Assembly (NCBI RefSeq): GCF_037042905.1
Contig: NC_087252.1
Coordinates: 16,060,001-16,124,000, forward strand
DNA: 64,000 nt
DNA from: Lytechinus pictus
Lineage: Eukaryota
Reading direction: 5' to 3'
Part shown: piece by piece, positions 61,009 through 64,000 of the stretch
How the letters are laid out: each line of letters starts with the position of its first letter
Position numbering within the stretch: the first letter of the stretch is position 1
The notes under the pieces: model-generated
Databases searched by the model: none
Told to the model about the DNA's origin: nothing
What the model saw: only the letters and a program-made list of their open reading frames with translations
Translations under genes and position numbers: made by a program

Positions 61009-63549
61009 AAAAGATGTCAGCAACGAGATTTGTGTCAGCAACGAGCTTTGTGTTTATACGACCCCGTATATGTTTCTACACATGTCCATCAAACCATGCA
61101 TGTATCATACTTCTTACTTTCATTTTTTGTAAGCTTGGCTTTAACTTACGCTGTTAACATGGTTAAGGTTAATTGTGGCATATAAGGACCGATTTCTCTA
61201 TCTTATTATGTTCAGTCATTGCTTCCTCACATGGGCGGAATTCAATCTCAGGGGGACGCGCCCCCCGGACCAAATAGAGTAGGGGCGGACACAATATCAA
61301 ATGTACCCCTACTATTTTTGGTCTTTTATGATGGAGAAAAATACATCATTCACAATCGAAATAATACATGTATTTTTGACTAAATGACCTTACATATTTG
61401 GTGACCCCCCTTTTTTTTGCTTGTCAATTTTTTTGGGTTAAAATTACTTTACATTTTTGGTGATACACTTTTTTTGCTTATCAAAGTTTCCAGCCCCTGG
61501 TCCCCCCTCCCTTTGGGGACAGATTTCCGCCCATGCTTCCCCTTTCTCCCCATCGTGGTCTCTTTTCAAGCTCCCAATTTAGTTTCTTCTTTAAGATATG
61601 AAAACTCTATTCCAACCATTCTTGCTTTTTTCATAAAATTGTATTTGCATAATATATATTTACCAGATGCAATATGTTAGTACAAATATGAATTCAAGTA
61701 AAAAAATCAGAACTTATAGCATATCCCCTCCTCCCCCTTCTCATTACTTTATTATGAATTGTGTTATGAATTGAATTGACTCGTTATAATCCACGTGCAC
61801 ATTATCTCTTACTTTATGTTTATGTATACTCATTTTATGTTGCCCTGTATACTGTTCGTCTAGAACAGATAACATGGGCTTATTGTAATTGTTTTCCTTT
61901 TTATTAATAAAAGGTGATTTATATATAGACTTAAAGCCTGCTCATCCTAAACCCCTTCCCATATTCTTTAGACCCTCCCGATGCACTCACCCCCTCCCTC
62001 CCTGTCTTTCTTTCAAGTGTGTCTCTCACTCTCACAAATTTTTCTCATGATATAGCCCTCTCTCTGTGGATACACAATCATATATACACACACATAGGCA
62101 TATTAAAGATACACTCACAAACACACCCCACGCATGCATTCGCAAGGTTGTATAAATTTTCATATTCATACGTCATGTATACACAAACCCAGGCACACAC
62201 TGGCACCCCCCACACACCCTTCCCTCAATCCTTTTCCCACTTTTCACAATGCACTGTAAGAATAATCAAATTCACATCATAATTTTTTCAGCTGTATGAA
62301 ACAGGTTTATTACAAAAGCATGCATCATCCTTAATATATAAAACTCTCTTTACAACACGAAAATTCCCACCCAAGAAAATATGAAATGAGCAATGAGCCA
62401 GGTTCGTAATATAAGAGATGGAATAATTCTAACAAAATTGGCTTTACATGAACAACATTTAATTTGTGTTATGACTTCTGTGACTGGTAAAATCTGAAAA
62501 ATTAGTTTACCTCCCCTCCAATAAAATGAAAAATATTTCAATTTATAACACACAATTGAACCAGTAACTCCAATCCAATTATTTACTTTCTTATTTATTC
62601 TATTTTTTTAATTTTTATTTATATATTTTTATTATGATTACTTTTTTCTTTTGAGGGGGGGGGGGGGGGATACAAAAATCAAGTTATAGTTCCTGTGGTG
62701 TAAATAATACATTATAAATTGTAATACTGTACCGAGATAATACTAAAAATAAATAGTCTGGACTAAAAAACCATCCACCCAACAATACTGTAGTAATTGC
62801 TCCTATCAATATCTACCTTCATTTTGGCTCCAGTTTTGAGTTGGTACACACTACCAAATCAACTTCCAAATAGCCAAGTTAAACCATAGTGAAGGGCTTT
62901 GAGCAGTAGTACATTGATAAAGTGCTATATAAATGCAAATTATTATTATTATTGTTATTATTATTATGATTGACCCAAGTAAGACTGGAGGAGGGTTAGG
63001 GTTAGAAATTTTGGGGCCTTATGTAGTTCATTAGAGCAAACTTTTGATTTTAAGCACAAAGTAGCATAATCAATTAGTAATGAGATTTTTTTTCATATGA
63101 TCTTCATTTTTGTAGATTATGCCACAGGCAACACGCATCACATCGCGTGGTGGATGGCCGAGAACACAAGCGGGTGAGCTGAATGAGCACCCCAATCTTC
63201 TTGGGTATCAAAATAGCTGTCATTTTAGAGTGGACACTACAGGACATGTTTTAAACAAGAACATGGAAATCTTAGACAGAGAAATCAGGTGGATTGGGAA
63301 TCCGGGAGGTAGTTTACGGTTTCAGCTATCAAACGTCTGGGGCGGAATTCTACAAAAAGTTCAGAACACTCCCAGGGAACCAAGCAAGTTGAAGCAACGC
63401 TACAGTTCACTGATTTTTTTTTACGAAGTCACTTTTGGTTAGTGGGACATTGCAACCACAGAAGATTGTGAGTTTCTAGTAATTGGCAAATCGTCATTTT
63501 TCCGGTACAAAATTCATAACTGACAATGTGTTCTACATAATGGTCTCTT

Positions 63550-64000
63550 TTAGGAAAATCTCACAATGAGAAAAAATCTAGGGATTTTCTCCTGTGTGCG
63601 TGTCCTTAAATGACGTGTAGGACAGCTTTGTTTACAAATTCCATTTTCACAATGAGAGCAATGATAAGGTTTTTCTCCAGTGTGTGTTCTGATATGACGG
63701 GTGAGCTGACTCTTTGTAGGAAATCTCATCTCACAATGAGAGCAGATATAGGGTTTTTCTCCTGTGTGTGTTCTAATATGATTTGTAAGATTTGCCTTGG
63801 TAGAATATCTCTTCTCACAATGAGAGCAAATATAGGGTTTTTCTCCTGTGTGTGTTCTAACATGATTTTTAAGAATGGCTTTGGTTAAAAATCTCTTCTC
63901 ACAATGAGAGCAAATATAGAGTTTTTCTCCTATGTGTGTTCTAATATGATTTGTAAGATTGGCCTTGGTAGAAAATCTCTTCTCACAATGAGAGCAATGA
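63550..64000 (-). CDS. ZNF-B: 3' end of the paralogous C2H2 zinc-finger gene (runs off the window)
   Basis: Open frame from 63999: four intact fingers (..STKANLTNH, ..LTKAILKNH, ..STKANLTNH, ..PTKSQLTRH), one degenerate finger, then TAA at 63552-63550; the 3' flank is homologous to that of ZNF-A. Confidence 0.88.
   Translation of the reverse strand, partial: HCSHCEKRFSTKANLTNHIRTHIGEKLYICSHCEKRFLTKAILKNHVRTHTGEKPYICSHCEKRYSTKANLTNHIRTHTGEKPYICSHCEMRFPTKSQLTRHIRTHTGEKPYHCSHCENGICKQSCPTRHLRTRTQEKIPRFFLIVRFS

Noticed and set aside
60528..61185. GC-rich ORFs up to 163 aa (also 28074-28620, 38082-38564)
   Set aside because: They lie in copies of one MITE family and the frames are not preserved among copies.
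1..64000. tRNA, rRNA or snRNA genes and an intact autonomous transposase
   Set aside because: None was recognisable by eye; a covariance-model and HMM scan would be needed to exclude small RNAs.

Overview
AT-rich, repeat-dense animal genomic DNA. The repeat repertoire resembles a marine invertebrate such as a sea urchin (inference only). The only clear host genes are two tandem paralogous C2H2 zinc-finger genes on the minus strand. ZNF-A is essentially complete (CDS about 38030-29490, about 975 aa, 22 intact fingers plus 1 degenerate). Only the 3' end of ZNF-B is present (63550 to the window end). They sit in head-to-tail duplicated units (A about 19945-43924, B about 43925 to the window end), whose differential insertions provide internal empty sites that confirm several target-site duplications (TSDs). 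The most striking feature is the ZNF-A N-terminus, built from a tandem array of 81-nt symmetric phase-1 exons (203-bp period). Eight of these exons each encode a psi-K-x-E SUMO-type motif followed by acidic residues, suggesting a KRAB-free, copy-number-tunable effector module. The rest is deeply nested transposons: a deleted Polinton/Maverick (AGTAGT termini, 6-bp TSD, one retained ORF, an internal inverted duplication that creates a third TIR) inside an Academ-like foldback inside an old LINE, plus hAT-, MULE-, Kolobok-, piggyBac-, Tc1-, Harbinger-, CACTA- and Helentron-like non-autonomous elements, an L2 LINE and a foldback carrying outward-facing first-exon-like cassettes. Superfamily names rest on terminus and TSD rules, not on database searches.
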